Of a stretch of DNA of 64,000 nucleotides, positions 62,446 through 64,000 are shown one piece after another. Position numbers and translations under genes: made by a program. The number at the start of each line of letters is the position of its first letter. Positions within the stretch are counted from its first letter, which is position 1. The stretch covers positions 620,001 through 684,000 of the forward strand of contig NC_134027.1 of NCBI RefSeq assembly GCF_964204645.1. Reading direction: 5' to 3'. Below the pieces are notes generated by a model that was not told where the DNA came from, ran no database searches, and saw nothing but the letters and a program-made list of their open reading frames with translations. The stretch comes from Tubulanus polymorphus. Taxonomy: Eukaryota; Animalia; Nemertea.

Positions 62446-62552
62446 GGTCCAGTTTCACAAAAAGGATTAACGCCTAAATCGATTTAAGATAAACTGAATT
62501 AATGAAGAAATTAAATCGATTTAAGAGTTAAACCTGTTTGTGAAACTGGGCC
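62446..62552. mobile_element. PIF/Harbinger-type MITE
   Basis: TIR GGTCCAGTTTCACAAA / TTTGTGAAACTGGGCC with TSD CTG. Confidence 0.8.
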
Positions 62553-63132
62553 CTGAATTGCATCTAGAATGAAAAAAAAGAAAAAAAAATATTGAAAATA
62601 ACGTTGGTGAAATATTTCTGGATCTTTCTGGATTTCTGCTCAATGCATCGTTTAGTAAAATATCGATATTCTCTAAAAGTAAAGATATAAGAATAAAAAT
62701 ATTGTATTGAATCGTGATTAGTTACTGTATGCGCTGCTAGTTGTTGCCCAACCCATAGCCTCATTTCTCTCCATTCTAAATTTGCATTGTTTAACATTGC
62801 CTGGTTGCTATGGAAACTATTTATTTAAGTTTCTTTGTGGTATCCATGGCAACAGTAACGTTTAGGTAGTGGCACCAATTATGGGTCCCAACGTTCCCAT
62901 GGCGATACATGAGAACATTTATCCTATTTTTGACCTTCATGACGTAAGATGGTAGTGAGTCGATGACGTCATTTTCGTCTCACCACTAATGAAAAAAAAA
63001 AAATGAAATGAAAAAAAAGGAAAAAATGGTTAGAATTACGTTTATAAAATTTTTCTGGATCGGCTAAATGTATTGTTCGATTAAATATCGACATTCTCTA
63101 AAATCATAGGCATCAATATCAAAATGATGATA

Positions 63133-63276
63133 CAGCAGACTCCGCTTAACTCTGTTCTATTTGGACCATTAATTAACCGAATACCGACTTTTTAAATTTT
63201 AGGATTTTAACTTTAAGGATCAGAAAATGTGTATGCAATATCAACCGGGTACCGAGTAGGGTGGCCGAGTCTACTG
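63133..63276. mobile_element. Tc1/mariner (pogo/Tigger)-type MITE
   Basis: TA-CAGCAGACTC ... GAGTCTACTG-TA; absent from the sister repeat at about 62720. Confidence 0.7.
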
Positions 63277-63383
63277 TAGTCTGCTGCCCCCTCGAATCCA
63301 TTACCTTATTATCTCTCAATTTGCATTGTTTGACCTCGTCTGGTTGCTATGGAAACTATTTAGTTATATCAGGAACGGTTTTT

Positions 63384-64000
63384 TCGAGGTAACCAGTGGC
63401 AACAGGCGTGTCCGTCCTAGAGATAAACTGTCTGATTTCACAGCCACATCCGTCCTGGAGATAAACTGTTAGATAAACTCTGATTTCGCGTCCGTCCTAT
63501 TTCTTGTCATTGTATGAATATGTTTTCTCTTTTATAGAGAACTCAACAACAACAACAACAACAGCAACAACAACAACAACAACAGCAGCAACAGCAACAC
63601 AAATTTGATATTTCTATGTCTGGGATTGACGTAAGTTATCGTAAACGCCTGTTTGAAGTCATCATTCTTGAGCTTGAAACCGAAATTTATATATATAGAA
63701 TATTAAACCCTGCTTCTGCTACTGACAGGTAATGTCCGTCATACATTACTGCATCGTCAAATCTATACCAGGGTGCACCCAGCCTGATCGTTCGCATCAT
63801 CACATGCAAAGGGCTGATTATTTTGGAACCCAGTTTTTATCAGCTGGAACATTCTGCACATTCGACCATATTGATTGATAGCCCGTTATAGACGAGTGGA
63901 GAAAAACTGGAAAACCAGTTCAATGTTACCTCATGGTAAACATAAGGGAATTTCAATGAGTTTAACTCACATTTACAGAGTTTTAACGAGGTTAGACTGA
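63384..64000 (-). repeat. Inverted near-identical duplicate of ~51110-51725, running off the window
   Basis: Reverse-complement match including the (CAA)n microsatellite. Confidence 0.93.

Overview
AT-rich metazoan (probably marine invertebrate) genomic DNA with spliceosomal introns. There are no rRNA, intact tRNA or CRISPR features and no recognisable conserved gene. The window is a patchwork of direct and inverted segmental duplications carrying copies of one orphan small-exon gene family. One three-exon copy (341-3912) is still open, and the paralogous exons differ largely by synonymous changes. Also present are at least 14 unrelated tandem-repeat families (units of 19-265 bp), a decayed DIRS1 retrotransposon with a nested Helentron-like insert, a young 5-kb non-coding long-TIR element whose empty site is in the same window, and several MITEs. 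The most unusual signals are (i) a 260-bp tandem array in which each unit folds into three consecutive hairpins with G:U pairs and a compensatory change, (ii) a roughly 15-exon micro-exon array with retained splice and polyA signals but closed reading frames, and (iii) a twice-present cassette bounded by inverted TAGACTGGTTGCC motifs that carries YY1/ETS motifs and a small CxxC ORF. All analysis was by eye, so boundaries and identities are approximate.
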